Assembly (NCBI GenBank): GCA_964016885.1 | Contig: OZ024750.1 | Location: 37,882,001-37,946,000, forward strand | Direction: 5' to 3' | Length of the DNA: 64,000 nucleotides | DNA from: Eledone cirrhosa | Lineage: Eukaryota | In this document: one piece after another, positions 31,081 to 47,468 of the stretch | How positions within the stretch are numbered: position 1 is the first letter of the stretch | Layout of the letters: each line of letters begins with the position of its first letter | Program-made: the position numbers and the translations under genes | Notes under the pieces: model-generated | Database searches by the model: none | What the model was told of the DNA's origin: nothing | The model's input: the letters and a program-made list of their open reading frames with translations, nothing else

Positions 31081-34000
31081 CCTGTACACTGTATGTGATG
31101 TACCATGAAGCTATGACTAACCTGTACACTGTATGTGATGTACCATGAAGCTATAGCTAACCTGTACACTGTATGTGATGTACCATGAAGTTATAGCTAA
31201 CCTGTACACTGTATGTGATGTACCATGAAGCTATGACTAATCTGTACACTGTATGTGATGTACCATGAAGCTATAGCTAACCCGTACACTGTATGTGATG
31301 TACCATGAAGCTATGACTAACCTGTACACTGTATGTGATGTACCATGAAGCTATGACTAACCTGTACACTGTATGTGATGTAACATGAAGCTATGGCTAA
31401 CCTGTACACTGTATTTGATGTACCATGAAGCTATAGCTAACCTATACACTGTATGTGATGTACCATGAAGCTATGACTAACTTGTACACTGTATGTGATG
31501 TACCATGAAGCTATGACTAACCTATACACTCTATGTGATGTACCATGAAGCTATGACTAACCTGTACACTGAATGTGATGTACCATGAAGCTATGACTAA
31601 CATGTACACTGTATGTGATGTACCATGAAGCTATGACTAACCTGTACACTGTATGTGATGTACCATGAAGCTATGCTAACCTGTACACTGTATGTGATGT
31701 AGCATGAAGCTATGGCTAACCTGTACAATGTATGTGATGTACCATGAAGCTATGACTAACCTATACACTGTATGTGATGTACCATGAAGCTATGACTAAC
31801 CTGTACACTGTATGTGATGTACCATGAAGCTATGGCTAACCTGTACACTGTATGTGATGTACCATGAACCTATGACTAACCTGTACACTGTATGTGATGT
31901 ACCATGAAGCTATGGCTAACCTGCACACTGTATGTGATGTACCATGAAGCTATCACTAATCTGTACACTGTATGTGATGTACCATGAAGCTATGGCTAAC
32001 CTGTACACTGTATGTGATGTACCATGAAGCTATGACTAACCTGTACACTGTATGTGATGTACCATGAAGCTATGGCTAACCTGTACACTGTATGTGATGT
32101 ACCATGAACCTATGACTAACCTGTACACTGTATGTGATGTACCATGAAGCTATGGCTAACCTGTACACTGTATGTGATGTACCATGAACCTATGACTAAC
32201 CTGTACACTGTATGTGATGTACCATGAAGCTATGGCTAACCTGTACACTGTATGTGATGTATCATGAAGCTATGACTAACCTGTACACTGTATGTGATGT
32301 AACGTGAAGCTATAGCTAACCTGTACACTGTATGTGATGTACCATGAAGCTATGACTAACCTGTACACTGTATGTGATGTACCATGAAGCTATAGCTAAC
32401 CTATACACTGTATGTGATGTACCATGAAACTATGACTAACCTGTACACTGTATGTGATGTACCATGAAGCTATGACTAACCTGTACACTGTATGTGATGT
32501 TCCATGAAGCTATGACTAACCTGTACACTGTATGTGATGTACCATGAAGCTATGGCTAACCTGTACACTGTATGTGATGTAGCATGAAGCTATGACTAAC
32601 CTGTACACTGTATATGATGTAACATGAAGCTATGACTAACATGTACACTGTATGTGATGTACCATGAAGCTATGACTAACCTGTACACTGTATGTGATGT
32701 ACCATGAAGCTATGACTAACCTATACACTGTATGTGTTGTACCATGTAGCTATGACTAATCTATACACTGTATGTGATGTACCATGAAGCTATGGCTAAC
32801 CTGTACACTGTATGTGATGTACCATGAAGCTATGGCTAACCTGTACACTGTATGTGATGTACCATGAAGTTATGACTAACATGTACACTGTATGTGATGT
32901 ACCATGAAGCTATGACTAACCTGTACACTGTATGTGATGTACCATGAATCTATGGCTAAACTGTACACTGTATGTGATGTACCGTGAAGCTATGACTAAC
33001 CTATACACTCTATATGATGTACCATGAAGCTATGTCTAACCTGTACACCGTATGTGATGTACCATGAAGCTATGACTAACCTATACACTGTATGTGATGT
33101 ACCATGAAGCTATGACTAACCTGTACACTGTATGTGATGTACCATGAAGCTATTGCTAACCTGTACACTGTATGTGATGTACCATGAAGCTATGGCTAAC
33201 CTGTACACTGTATGTTATGTACCATGAAGTTATAGCTAACCTGTACACTGTATGTGATGTACTATGAAGCTATGACTAATCTGTACACTGTATGTGATGT
33301 ACCATGAAGCTATGACTAATCTGTACACTGTATGTGATGTAACATGAAGCTATAGCTAACCTGTACACTGTATGTGATGTACCATGAAGCTATGACTAAC
33401 CTGTACACTGTATGTGATGTACCATGAAGCTATAGCTAACCTGTACACTGTATGTGTTGTACCATGAAGTTATAGCTAACCTGTACACTGTATGTGATGT
33501 ACCATGAAGCTATGACTAATCTGTACACTGTATGTGATGTACCATGAAGCTATAGCTAACCCGTACACTGTATGTGATGTACCATGAAGCTATGACTAAC
33601 CTGTACACTGTATGTGATGTACCATGAAGCTATGACTAACCTGTACACTGTATGTGATGTAACATGAAGCTATGGCTAACCTGTACACTGTATTTGATGT
33701 ACCATGAAGCTATAGCTAACCTATACACTGTATGTGATGTACCATGAAGCTATGACTAACTTGTACACTGTATGTGATGTACCATGAAGCTATGACTAAC
33801 CTATACACTCTATGTGATGTACCATGAAGCTATGACTAACCTGTACACTGAATGTGATGTACCATGAAGCTATGACTAACATGTACACTGTATGTGATGT
33901 ACCATGAAGCTATGACTAACCTGTACACTGTATGTGATGTACCATGAAGCTATGCTAACCTGTACACTGTATGTGATGTAGCATGAAGCTATGGCTAACC

Positions 34001-37000
34001 TGTACAATGTATGTGATGTACCATGAAGCTATGATTAACCTATACACTGTATGTGATGTACCATGAAGCTATGACTAACCTGTACACTGTATGTGATGTA
34101 CCATGAAGCTATGGCTAACCTGTACACTGTATGTGATGTACCATGAACCTATGACTAACCTGTACACTGTATGTGATGTACCATGAAGCTATGGCTAACC
34201 TGCACACTGTATGTGATGTACCATGAAGCTATCACTAATCTGTACACTGTATGTGATGTACCATGAAGCTATGGCTAACCTGTACACTGTATGTGATGTA
34301 CCATGAAGCTATGACTAACCTGTACACTGTATGTGATGTACCATGAAGCTATGGCTAACCTGTACACTGTATGTGATGTACCATGAACCTATGACTAACC
34401 TGTACACTGTATGTGATGTACCATGAAGCTATGGCTAACCTGTACACTGTATGTGATGTACCATGAACCTATGACTAACCTGTACACTGTATGTGATGTA
34501 CCATGAAGCTATGGCTAACCTGTACACTGTATGTGATGTACCATGAAGCTATGACTAACCTGTACACTGTATGTGATGTAACGTGAAGCTATAGCTAACC
34601 TGTACACTGTATGTGATGTACCATGAAGCTATGACTAACCTGTACACTGTATGTGATGTACCATGAAGCTATAGCTAACCTATACACTGTATGTGATGTA
34701 CCATGAATCTATGGCTAAACTGTACACTGTATGTGATGTACCGTGAAGCTATGACTAACCTATACACTCTATATGATGTACCATGAAGCTATGTCTAACC
34801 TGTACACCGTATGTGATGTACCATGAAGCTATGACTAACCTATACACTGTATGTGATGTACCATGAAGCTATGACTAACCTGTACACTGTATGTGATGTA
34901 CCATGAAGCTATTGCTAACCTGTACACTGTATGTGATGTACCATGAAGCTATGGCTAACCTGTACACTGTATGTTATGTACCATGAAGTTATAGCTAACC
35001 TGTACACTGTATGTGATGTACTATGAAGCTATGACTAATCTGTACACTGTATGTGATGTACCATGAAGCTATGACTAATCTGTACACTGTATGTGATGTA
35101 ACATGAAGCTATAGCTAACCTGTACACTGTATGTGATGTACCATGAAGCTATGACTAACCTGTACACTGTATGTGATGTACCATGAAGCTATAGCTAACC
35201 TGTACACTGTATGTGATGTACCATGAAGTTATAGCTAACCTGTACACTGTATGTGATGTACCATGAAGCTATGACTAATCTGTACACTGTATGTGATGTA
35301 CCATGAAGCTATAGCTAACCCGTACACTGTATGTGATGTACCATGAAGCTATGACTAACCTGTACACTGTATGTGATGTACCATGAAGCTATGACTAACC
35401 TGTACACTGTATGTGATGTAACATGAAGCTATGGCTAACCTGTACACTGTATTTGATGTACCATGAAGCTATAGCTAACCTATACACTGTATGTGATGTA
35501 CCATGAAGCTATGACTAACTTGTACACTGTATGTGATGTACCATGAAGCTATGACTAACCTATACACTCTATGTGATGTACCATGAAGCTATGACTAACC
35601 TGTACACTGAATGTGATGTACCATGAAGCTATGACTAACATGTACACTGTATGTGATGTACCATGAAGCTATGACTAACCTGTACACTGTATGTGATGTA
35701 CCATGAAGCTATGCTAACCTGTACACTGTATGTGATGTAGCATGAAGCTATGGCTAACCTGTACAATGTATGTGATGTACCATGAAGCTATGACTAACCT
35801 ATACACTGTATGTGATGTACCATGAAGCTATGACTAACCTGTACACTGTATGTGATGTACCATGAAGCTATGGCTAACCTGTACACTGTATGTGATGTAC
35901 CATGAACCTATGACTAACCTGTACACTGTATGTGATGTACCATGAAGCTATGGCTAACCTGCACACTGTATGTGATGTACCATGAAGCTATCACTAATCT
36001 GTACACTGTATGTGATGTACCATGAAGCTATGGCTAACCTGTACACTGTATGTGATGTACCATGAAGCTATGACTAACCTGTACACTGTATGTGATGTAC
36101 CATGAAGCTATGGCTAACCTGTACACTGTATGTGATGTACCATGAACCTATGACTAACCTGTACACTGTATGTGATGTACCATGAAGCTATGGCTAACCT
36201 GTACACTGTATGTGATGTACCATGAACCTATGACTAACCTGTACACTGTATGTGATGTACCATGAAGCTATGGCTAACCTGTACACTGTATGTGATGTAC
36301 CATGAAGCTATGACTAACCTGTACACTGTATGTGATGTAACGTGAAGCTATAGCTAACCTGTACACTGTATGTGATGTACCATGAAGCTATGACTAACCT
36401 GTACACTGTATGTGATGTACCATGAAGCTATAGCTAACCTATACACTGTATGTGATGTACCATGAAACTATGACTAACCTGTACACTGTATGTGATGTAC
36501 CATGAAGCTATGACTAACCTGTACACTGTATGTGATGTTCCATGAAGCTATGACTAACCTGTACACTGTATGTGATGTACCATGAAGCTATGGCTAACCT
36601 GTACACTGTATGTGATGTAGCATGAAGCTATGACTAACCTGTACACTGTATATGATGTAACATGAAGCTATGACTAACATGTACACTGTATGCGAAGTAC
36701 CATGAAGCTATGACTAACCTGTACACTGTATGTGATGTACCATGAAGCTATGACTAACCTGTACACTGTATGTGATGTACCATGAAGCTATGACTAACCT
36801 GTACACTGTATGTGATGTACCATGAAGCTATGACTAACCTATACACTGTATGTGTTGTACCATGTAGCTATGACTAATCTATACACTGTATGTGATGTAC
36901 CATGAAGCTATGGCTAACCTGTACACTGTATGTGATGTACCATGAAGCTATGGCTAACCTGTACACTGTATGTGATGTACCATGAAGTTATGACTAACAT

Positions 37001-40000
37001 GTACACTGTATGTGATGTACCATGAAGCTATGACTAACCTGTACACTGTATGTGATGTACCATGAATCTATGGCTAAACTGTACACTGTATGTGATGTAC
37101 CGTGAAGCTATGACTAACCTATACACTCTATATGATGTACCATGAAGCTATGTCTAACCTGTACACCGTATGTGATGTACCATGAAGCTATGACTAACCT
37201 ATACACTGTATGTGATGTACCATGAAGCTATGACTAACCTGTACACTGTATGTGATGTACCATGAAGCTATTGCTAACCTGTACACTGTATGTGATGTAC
37301 CATGAAGCTATGGCTAACCTGTACACTGTATGTTATGTACCATGAAGTTATAGCTAACCTGTACACTGTATGTGATGTACTATGAAGCTATGACTAATCT
37401 GTACACTGTATGTGATGTACCATGAAGCTATGACTAATCTGTACACTGTATGTGATGTAACATGAAGCTATAGCTAACCTGTACACTGTATGTGATGTAC
37501 CATGAAGCTATGACTAACCTGTACACTGTATGTGATGTACCATGAAGCTATAGCTAACCTGTACACTGTATGTGATGTACCATGAAGTTATAGCTAACCT
37601 GTACACTGTATGTGATGTACCATGAAGCTATGACTAATCTGTACACTGTATGTGATGTACCATGAAGCTATAGCTAACCCGTACACTGTATGTGATGTAC
37701 CATGAAGCTATGACTAACCTGTACACTGTATGTGATGTACCATGAAGCTATGACTAACCTGTACACTGTATGTGATGTAACATGAAGCTATGGCTAACCT
37801 GTACACTGTATTTGATATACCATGAAGCTATAGCTAACCTATACACTGTATGTGATGTACCATGAAGCTATGACTAACCTGTACACTGTATGTGATGTAC
37901 CATGAAGCTATGGCTAACCTGTACACTGTATGTGATGTACCATGAACCTATGACTAACCTGTACACTGTATGTGATGTACCATGAAGCTATGGCTAACCT
38001 GCACACTGTATGTGATGTACCATGAAGCTATCACTAATCTGTACAATGTATGTGATGTACCATGAAGCTATGGCTAAACTGTACACTGTATGTGATGTAC
38101 CATGAAGCTATGACTAACCTGTACACTGTATGTGATGTACCATGAAGCTATGGCTAACCTGTACACTGTATGTGATGTACCATGAACCTATGACTAACCT
38201 GTACACTGTATGTGATGTACCATGAAGCTATGGCTAACCTGCACACTGTATGTGATGTACCATGAAGCTATCACTAATCTGTACACTGTATGTGATGTAC
38301 CATGAAGCTATGGCTAACCTGTACACTGTATGTGATGTACCATGAAGCTATGACTAACCTGTACACTGTATGTGATGTACCATGAAGCTATGGCTAACCT
38401 GTACACTGTATGTGATGTACCATGAACCTATGACTAACCTGTACACTGTATGTGATGTACCATGAAGCTATGGCTAACCTGTACACTGTATGTGATGTAC
38501 CATGAACCTATGACTAACCTGTACACTGTATGTGATGTACCATGAAGCTATGGCTAACCTGTACACTGTATGTGATGTACCATGAAGCTATGACTAACCT
38601 GTACACTGTATGTGATGTAACGTGAAGCTATAGCTAACCTGTACACTGTATGTGATGTACCATGAAGCTATGACTAACCTGTACACTGTATGTGATGTAC
38701 CATGAAGCTATAGCTAACCTATACACTGTATGTGATGTACCATGAAACTATGACTAACCTGTACACTGTATGTGATGTACCATGAAGCTATGGCTAACCT
38801 GTACACACTATGTGATGTAACATGAAGCTATAGCTAACCTGTACACTGTATGTGATGTAACATGAAGCTATGACTAACCTGTACACTGTATGTGATGTAC
38901 CATGAAGCTATGACTAACCTGTACACTGTATGTGATGTACCATGAAGCTATAGCTAACCTATACACTGTATGTGATGTACCATGAAGCTATGACTAACCT
39001 ATACACTGTATGTGATGTACCATGAAGCTATGACTAACCTATACACTGTATGTGATGTACCATGCAGCTATGACTAACCTGTACACTGTATGTGATGTAC
39101 CAAGAAGCTATGGCTAACCTGTACACTGTATGTGATGTACCATGAAGATATGACTAACCTGTACACTGTATGTGATGTACCATGAAGCTATTGCTAACCT
39201 GTACACTGTATGTGATGTACCATGAAGCTATGGCTAACCTGTACACTGTATGTTATGTACCATGAAGTTATAGCTAACCTGTACACTGTATGTGATGTAC
39301 TATGAAGCTATGACTAATCTGTACACTGTATGTGATGTACCATGAAGCTATGACTAATCTGTACACTGTATGTGATGTAACATGAAGCTATAGCTAACCT
39401 GTACACTGTATGTGATGTACCATGAAGCTATGACTAACCTGTACACTGTATGTGATGTACCATGAAGCTATAGCTAACCTGTACACTGTATGTGATGTAC
39501 CATGAAGTTATAGCTAACCTGTACACTGTATGTGATGTACCATGAAGCTATGACTAATCTGTACACTGTATGTGATGTACCATGAAGCTATAGCTAACCC
39601 GTACACTGTATGTGATGTACCATGAAGCTATGACTAACCTGTACACTGTATGTGATGTACCATGAAGCTATGACTAACCTGTACACTGTATGTGATGTAA
39701 CATGAAGCTATGGCTAACCTGTACACTGTATTTGATGTACCATGAAGCTATAGCTAACCTATACACTGTATGTGATGTACCATGAAGCTATGACTAACTT
39801 GTACACTGTATGTGATGTACCATGAAGCTATGACTAACCTATACACTCTATGTGATGTACCATGAAGCTATGACTAACCTGTACACTGAATGTGATGTAC
39901 CATGAAGCTATGACTAACATGTACACTGTATGTGATGTACCATGAAGCTATGACTAACCTGTACACTGTATGTGATGTACCATGAAGCTATGCTAACCTG

Positions 40001-43000
40001 TACACTGTATGTGATGTAGCATGAAGCTATGGCTAACCTGTACAATGTATGTGATGTACCATGAAGCTATGACTAACCTATACACTGTATGTGATGTACC
40101 ATGAAGCTATGACTAACCTGTACACTGTATGTGATGTACCATGAAGCTATGGCTAACCTGTACACTGTATGTGATGTACCATGAACCTATGACTAACCTG
40201 TACACTGTATGTGATGTACCATGAAGCTATGGCTAACCTGCACACTGTATGTGATGTACCATGAAGCTATCACTAATCTGTACACTGTATGTGATGTACC
40301 ATGAAGCTATGGCTAACCTGTACACTGTATGTGATGTACCATGAAGCTATGACTAACCTGTACACTGTATGTGATGTACCATGAAGCTATGGCTAACCTG
40401 TACACTGTATGTGATGTACCATGAACCTATGACTAACCTGTACACTGTATGTGATGTACCATGAAGCTATGGCTAACCTGTACACTGTATGTGATGTACC
40501 ATGAACCTATGACTAACCTGTACACTGTATGTGATGTACCATGAAGCTATGGCTAACCTGTACACTGTATGTGATGTATCATGAAGCTATGACTAACCTG
40601 TACACTGTATGTGATGTAACGTGAAGCTATAGCTAACCTGTACACTGTATGTGATGTACCATGAAGCTATGACTAACCTGTACACTGTATGTGATGTACC
40701 ATGAAGCTATAGCTAACCTATACACTGTATGTGATGTACCATGAAACTATGACTAACCTGTACACTGTATGTGATGTACCATGAAGCTATGACTAACCTG
40801 TACACTGTATGTGATGTTCCATGAAGCTATGACTAACCTGTACACTGTATGTGATGTACCATGAAGCTATGGCTAACCTGTACACTGTATGTGATGTAGC
40901 ATGAAGCTATGACTAACCTGTACACTGTATATGATGTAACATGAAGCTATGACTAACATGTACACTGTATGTGATGTACCATGAAGCTATGACTAACCTG
41001 TACACTGTATGTGATGTACCATGAAGCTATGACTAACCTATACACTGTATGTGTTGTACCATGTAGCTATGACTAATCTATACACTGTATGTGATGTACC
41101 ATGACGCTATGGCTAACCTGTACACTGTATGTGATGTACCATGAAGCTATGGCTAACCTGTACACTGTATGTGATGTACCATGAAGTTATGACTAACATG
41201 TACACTGTATGTGATGTACCATGAAGCTATGACTAACCTGTACACTGTATGTGATGTACCATGAATCTATGGCTAAACTGTACACTGTATGTGATGTACC
41301 GTGAAGCTATGACTAACCTATACACTCTATATGATGTACCATGAAGCTATGTCTAACCTGTACACCGTATGTGATGTACCATGAAGCTATGACTAACCTA
41401 TACACTGTATGTGATGTACCATGAAGCTATGACTAACCTGTACACTGTATGTGATGTACCATGAAGCTATTGCTAACCTGTACACTGTATGTGATGTACC
41501 ATGAAGCTATGGCTAACCTGTACACTGTATGTTATGTACCATGAAGTTATAGCTAACCTGTACACTGTATGTGATGTACTATGAAGCTATGACTAATCTG
41601 TACACTGTATGTGATGTACCATGAAGCTATGACTAATCTGTACACTGTATGTGATGTAACATGAAGCTATAGCTAACCTGTACACTGTATGTGATGTACC
41701 ATGAAGCTATGACTAACCTGTACACTGTATGTGATGTACCATGAAGCTATAGCTAACCTGTACACTGTATGTGTTGTACCATGAAGTTATAGCTAACCTG
41801 TACACTGTATGTGATGTACCATGAAGCTATGACTAATCTGTACACTGTATGTGATGTACCATGAAGCTATAGCTAACCCGTACACTGTATGTGATGTACC
41901 ATGAAGCTATGACTAACCTGTACACTGTATGTGATGTACCATGAAGCTATGACTAACCTGTACACTGTATGTGATGTAACATGAAGCTATGGCTAACCTG
42001 TACACTGTATTTGATGTACCATGAAGCTATAGCTAACCTATACACTGTATGTGATGTACCATGAAGCTATGACTAACTTGTACACTGTATGTGATGTACC
42101 ATGAAGCTATGACTAACCTATACACTCTATGTGATGTACCATGAAGCTATGACTAACCTGTACACTGAATGTGATGTACCATGAAGCTATGACTAACATG
42201 TACACTGTATGTGATGTACCATGAAGCTATGACTAACCTGTACACTGTATGTGATGTACCATGAAGCTATGCTAACCTGTACACTGTATGTGATGTAGCA
42301 TGAAGCTATGGCTAACCTGTACAATGTATGTGATGTACCATGAAGCTATGATTAACCTATACACTGTATGTGATGTACCATGAAGCTATGACTAACCTGT
42401 ACACTGTATGTGATGTACCATGAAGCTATGGCTAACCTGTACACTGTATGTGATGTACCATGAACCTATGACTAACCTGTACACTGTATGTGATGTACCA
42501 TGAAGCTATGGCTAACCTGCACACTGTATGTGATGTACCATGAAGCTATCACTAATCTGTACACTGTATGTGATGTACCATGAAGCTATGGCTAACCTGT
42601 ACACTGTATGTGATGTACCATGAAGCTATGACTAACCTGTACACTGTATGTGATGTACCATGAAGCTATGGCTAACCTGTACACTGTATGTGATGTACCA
42701 TGAACCTATGACTAACCTGTACACTGTATGTGATGTACCATGAAGCTATGGCTAACCTGTACACTGTATGTGATGTACCATGAACCTATGACTAACCTGT
42801 ACACTGTATGTGATGTACCATGAAGCTATGGCTAACCTGTACACTGTATGTGATGTACCATGAAGCTATGACTAACCTGTACACTGTATGTGATGTAACG
42901 TGAAGCTATAGCTAACCTGTACACTGTATGTGATGTACCATGAAGCTATGACTAACCTGTACACTGTATGTGATGTACCATGAAGCTATAGCTAACCTAT

Positions 43001-46000
43001 ACACTGTATGTGATGTACCATGAATCTATGGCTAAACTGTACACTGTATGTGATGTACCGTGAAGCTATGACTAACCTATACACTCTATATGATGTACCA
43101 TGAAGCTATGTCTAACCTGTACACCGTATGTGATGTACCATGAAGCTATGACTAACCTATACACTGTATGTGATGTACCATGAAGCTATGACTAACCTGT
43201 ACACTGTATGTGATGTACCATGAAGCTATTGCTAACCTGTACACTGTATGTGATGTACCATGAAGCTATGGCTAACCTGTACACTGTATGTTATGTACCA
43301 TGAAGTTATAGCTAACCTGTACACTGTATGTGATGTACTATGAAGCTATGACTAATCTGTACACTGTATGTGATGTACCATGAAGCTATGACTAATCTGT
43401 ACACTGTATGTGATGTAACATGAAGCTATAGCTAACCTGTACACTGTATGTGATGTACCATGAAGCTATGACTAACCTGTACACTGTATGTGATGTACCA
43501 TGAAGCTATAGCTAACCTGTACACTGTATGTGATGTACCATGAAGTTATAGCTAACCTGTACACTGTATGTGATGTACCATGAAGCTATGACTAATCTGT
43601 ACACTGTATGTGATGTACCATGAAGCTATAGCTAACCCGTACACTGTATGTGATGTACCATGAAGCTATGACTAACCTGTACACTGTATGTGATGTACCA
43701 TGAAGCTATGACTAACCTGTACACTGTATGTGATGTAACATGAAGCTATGGCTAACCTGTACACTGTATTTGATGTACCATGAAGCTATAGCTAACCTAT
43801 ACACTGTATGTGATGTACCATGAAGCTATGACTAACTTGTACACTGTATGTGATGTACCATGAAGCTATGACTAACCTATACACTCTATGTGATGTACCA
43901 TGAAGCTATGACTAACCTGTACACTGAATGTGATGTACCATGAAGCTATGACTAACATGTACACTGTATGTGATGTACCATGAAGCTATGACTAACCTGT
44001 ACACTGTATGTGATGTACCATGAAGCTATGCTAACCTGTACACTGTATGTGATGTAGCATGAAGCTATGGCTAACCTGTACAATGTATGTGATGTACCAT
44101 GAAGCTATGACTAACCTATACACTGTATGTGATGTACCATGAAGCTATGACTAACCTGTACACTGTATGTGATGTACCATGAAGCTATGGCTAACCTGTA
44201 CACTGTATGTGATGTACCATGAACCTATGACTAACCTGTACACTGTATGTGATGTACCATGAAGCTATGGCTAACCTGCACACTGTATGTGATGTACCAT
44301 GAAGCTATCACTAATCTGTACACTGTATGTGATGTACCATGAAGCTATGGCTAACCTGTACACTGTATGTGATGTACCATGAAGCTATGACTAACCTGTA
44401 CACTGTATGTGATGTACCATGAAGCTATGGCTAACCTGTACACTGTATGTGATGTACCATGAACCTATGACTAACCTGTACACTGTATGTGATGTACCAT
44501 GAAGCTATGGCTAACCTGTACACTGTATGTGATGTACCATGAACCTATGACTAACCTGTACACTGTATGTGATGTACCATGAAGCTATGGCTAACCTGTA
44601 CACTGTATGTGATGTACCATGAAGCTATGACTAACCTGTACACTGTATGTGATGTAACGTGAAGCTATAGCTAACCTGTACACTGTATGTGATGTACCAT
44701 GAAGCTATGACTAACCTGTACACTGTATGTGATGTACCATGAAGCTATAGCTAACCTATACACTGTATGTGATGTACCATGAAACTATGACTAACCTGTA
44801 CACTGTATGTGATGTACCATGAAGCTATGACTAACCTGTACACTGTATGTGATGTTCCATGAAGCTATGACTAACCTGTACACTGTATGTGATGTACCAT
44901 GAAGCTATGGCTAACCTGTACACTGTATGTGATGTAGCATGAAGCTATGACTAACCTGTACACTGTATATGATGTAACATGAAGCTATGACTAACATGTA
45001 CACTGTATGCGAAGTACCATGAAGCTATGACTAACCTGTACACTGTATGTGATGTACCATGAAGCTATGACTAACCTGTACACTGTATGTGATGTACCAT
45101 GAAGCTATGACTAACCTGTACACTGTATGTGATGTACCATGAAGCTATGACTAACCTATACACTGTATGTGTTGTACCATGTAGCTATGACTAATCTATA
45201 CACTGTATGTGATGTACCATGAAGCTATGGCTAACCTGTACACTGTATGTGATGTACCATGAAGCTATGGCTAACCTGTACACTGTATGTGATGTACCAT
45301 GAAGTTATGACTAACATGTACACTGTATGTGATGTACCATGAAGCTATGACTAACCTGTACACTGTATGTGATGTACCATGAATCTATGGCTAAACTGTA
45401 CACTGTATGTGATGTACCGTGAAGCTATGACTAACCTATACACTCTATATGATGTACCATGAAGCTATGTCTAACCTGTACACCGTATGTGATGTACCAT
45501 GAAGCTATGACTAACCTATACACTGTATGTGATGTACCATGAAGCTATGACTAACCTGTACACTGTATGTGATGTACCATGAAGCTATTGCTAACCTGTA
45601 CACTGTATGTGATGTACCATGAAGCTATGGCTAACCTGTACACTGTATGTTATGTACCATGAAGTTATAGCTAACCTGTACACTGTATGTGATGTACTAT
45701 GAAGCTATGACTAATCTGTACACTGTATGTGATGTACCATGAAGCTATGACTAATCTGTACACTGTATGTGATGTAACATGAAGCTATAGCTAACCTGTA
45801 CACTGTATGTGATGTACCATGAAGCTATGACTAACCTGTACACTGTATGTGATGTACCATGAAGCTATAGCTAACCTGTACACTGTATGTGATGTACCAT
45901 GAAGTTATAGCTAACCTGTACACTGTATGTGATGTACCATGAAGCTATGACTAATCTGTACACTGTATGTGATGTACCATGAAGCTATAGCTAACCCGTA

Positions 46001-47468
46001 CACTGTATGTGATGTACCATGAAGCTATGACTAACCTGTACACTGTATGTGATGTACCATGAAGCTATGACTAACCTGTACACTGTATGTGATGTAACAT
46101 GAAGCTATGGCTAACCTGTACACTGTATTTGATATACCATGAAGCTATAGCTAACCTATACACTGTATGTGATGTACCATGAAGCTATGACTAACCTGTA
46201 CACTGTATGTGATGTACCATGAAGCTATGGCTAACCTGTACACTGTATGTGATGTACCATGAACCTATGACTAACCTGTACACTGTATGTGATGTACCAT
46301 GAAGCTATGGCTAACCTGCACACTGTATGTGATGTACCATGAAGCTATCACTAATCTGTACACTGTATGTGATGTACCATGAAGCTATGGCTAAACTGTA
46401 CACTGTATGTGATGTACCATGAAGCTATGACTAACCTGTACACTGTATGTGATGTACCATGAAGCTATGGCTAACCTGTACACTGTATGTGATGTACCAT
46501 GAACCTATGACTAACCTGTACACTGTATGTGATGTACCATGAAGCTATGGCTAACCTGCACACTGTATGTGATGTACCATGAAGCTATCACTAATCTGTA
46601 CACTGTATGTGATGTACCATGAAGCTATGGCTAACCTGTACACTGTATGTGATGTACCATGAAGCTATGACTAACCTGTACACTGTATGTGATGTACCAT
46701 GAAGCTATGGCTAACCTGTACACTGTATGTGATGTACCATGAACCTATGACTAACCTGTACACTGTATGTGATGTACCATGAAGCTATGGCTAACCTGTA
46801 CACTGTATGTGATGTACCATGAACCTATGACTAACCTGTACACTGTATGTGATGTACCATGAAGCTATGGCTAACCTGTACACTGTATGTGATGTACCAT
46901 GAAGCTATGACTAACCTGTACACTGTATGTGATGTAACGTGAAGCTATAGCTAACCTGTACACTGTATGTGATGTACCATGAAGCTATGACTAACCTGTA
47001 CACTGTATGTGATGTACCATGAAGCTATAGCTAACCTATACACTGTATGTGATGTACCATGAAACTATGACTAACCTGTACACTGTATGTGATGTACCAT
47101 GAAGCTATGGCTAACCTGTACACACTATGTGATGTAACATGAAGCTATAGCTAACCTGTACACTGTATGTGATGTAACATGAAGCTATGACTAACCTGTA
47201 CACTGTATGTGATGTACCATGAAGCTATGACTAACCTGTACACTGTATGTGATGTACCATGAAGCTATAGCTAACCTATACACTGTATGTGATGTACCAT
47301 GAAGCTATGACTAACCTATACACTGTATGTGATGTACCATGAAGCTATGACTAACCTATACACTGTATGTGATGTACCATGCAGCTATGACTAACCTGTA
47401 CACTGTATGTGATGTACCAAGAAGCTATGGCTAACCTGTACACTGTATGTGATGTACCATGAAGATAT
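30835..47468. repeat. Tandem duplication of 8,317 bp (208 monomers): ~30835-39151 and ~39152-47468
   Basis: Offset 8,317 for TATTGC 30872/39189, deletion monomers 31675/39992, 33954/42271 and 35713/44030, ATCATG 32261/40578, GATATAC 37814/46131, GTACACACTA 38801/47118 and GAAGATA 39144/47461. I noticed only two differences (ACAATG ~38043; GACGCT ~41103). Confidence 0.93.
37850..38330. repeat. Tandem 6-monomer (240-bp) duplication, repeated at ~46170-46650
   Basis: GCACAC 38001/38241, TCACTAATCT 38031/38271, CATGAACCTA 37941/38181. Confidence 0.85.

Larger units (their letters stand above)
12410..34050. repeat. Older ~7.9-8.0 kb tandem duplication: ~12410-20330 copied to ~20330-34050, the second copy later enlarged by the 5,679-bp duplication
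   Basis: Offset 7,918: TCATCT 13601/21519, ATTGTATG 14251/22169, TAACCCG 15441/23359. Offset 8,038: GTACCAAG 16183/24221. Offset 8,038+5,679 = 13,717: deletion monomers 17958/31675 and 20237/33954, the latter pair both followed by a GATTAAC variant. Confidence 0.8.
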
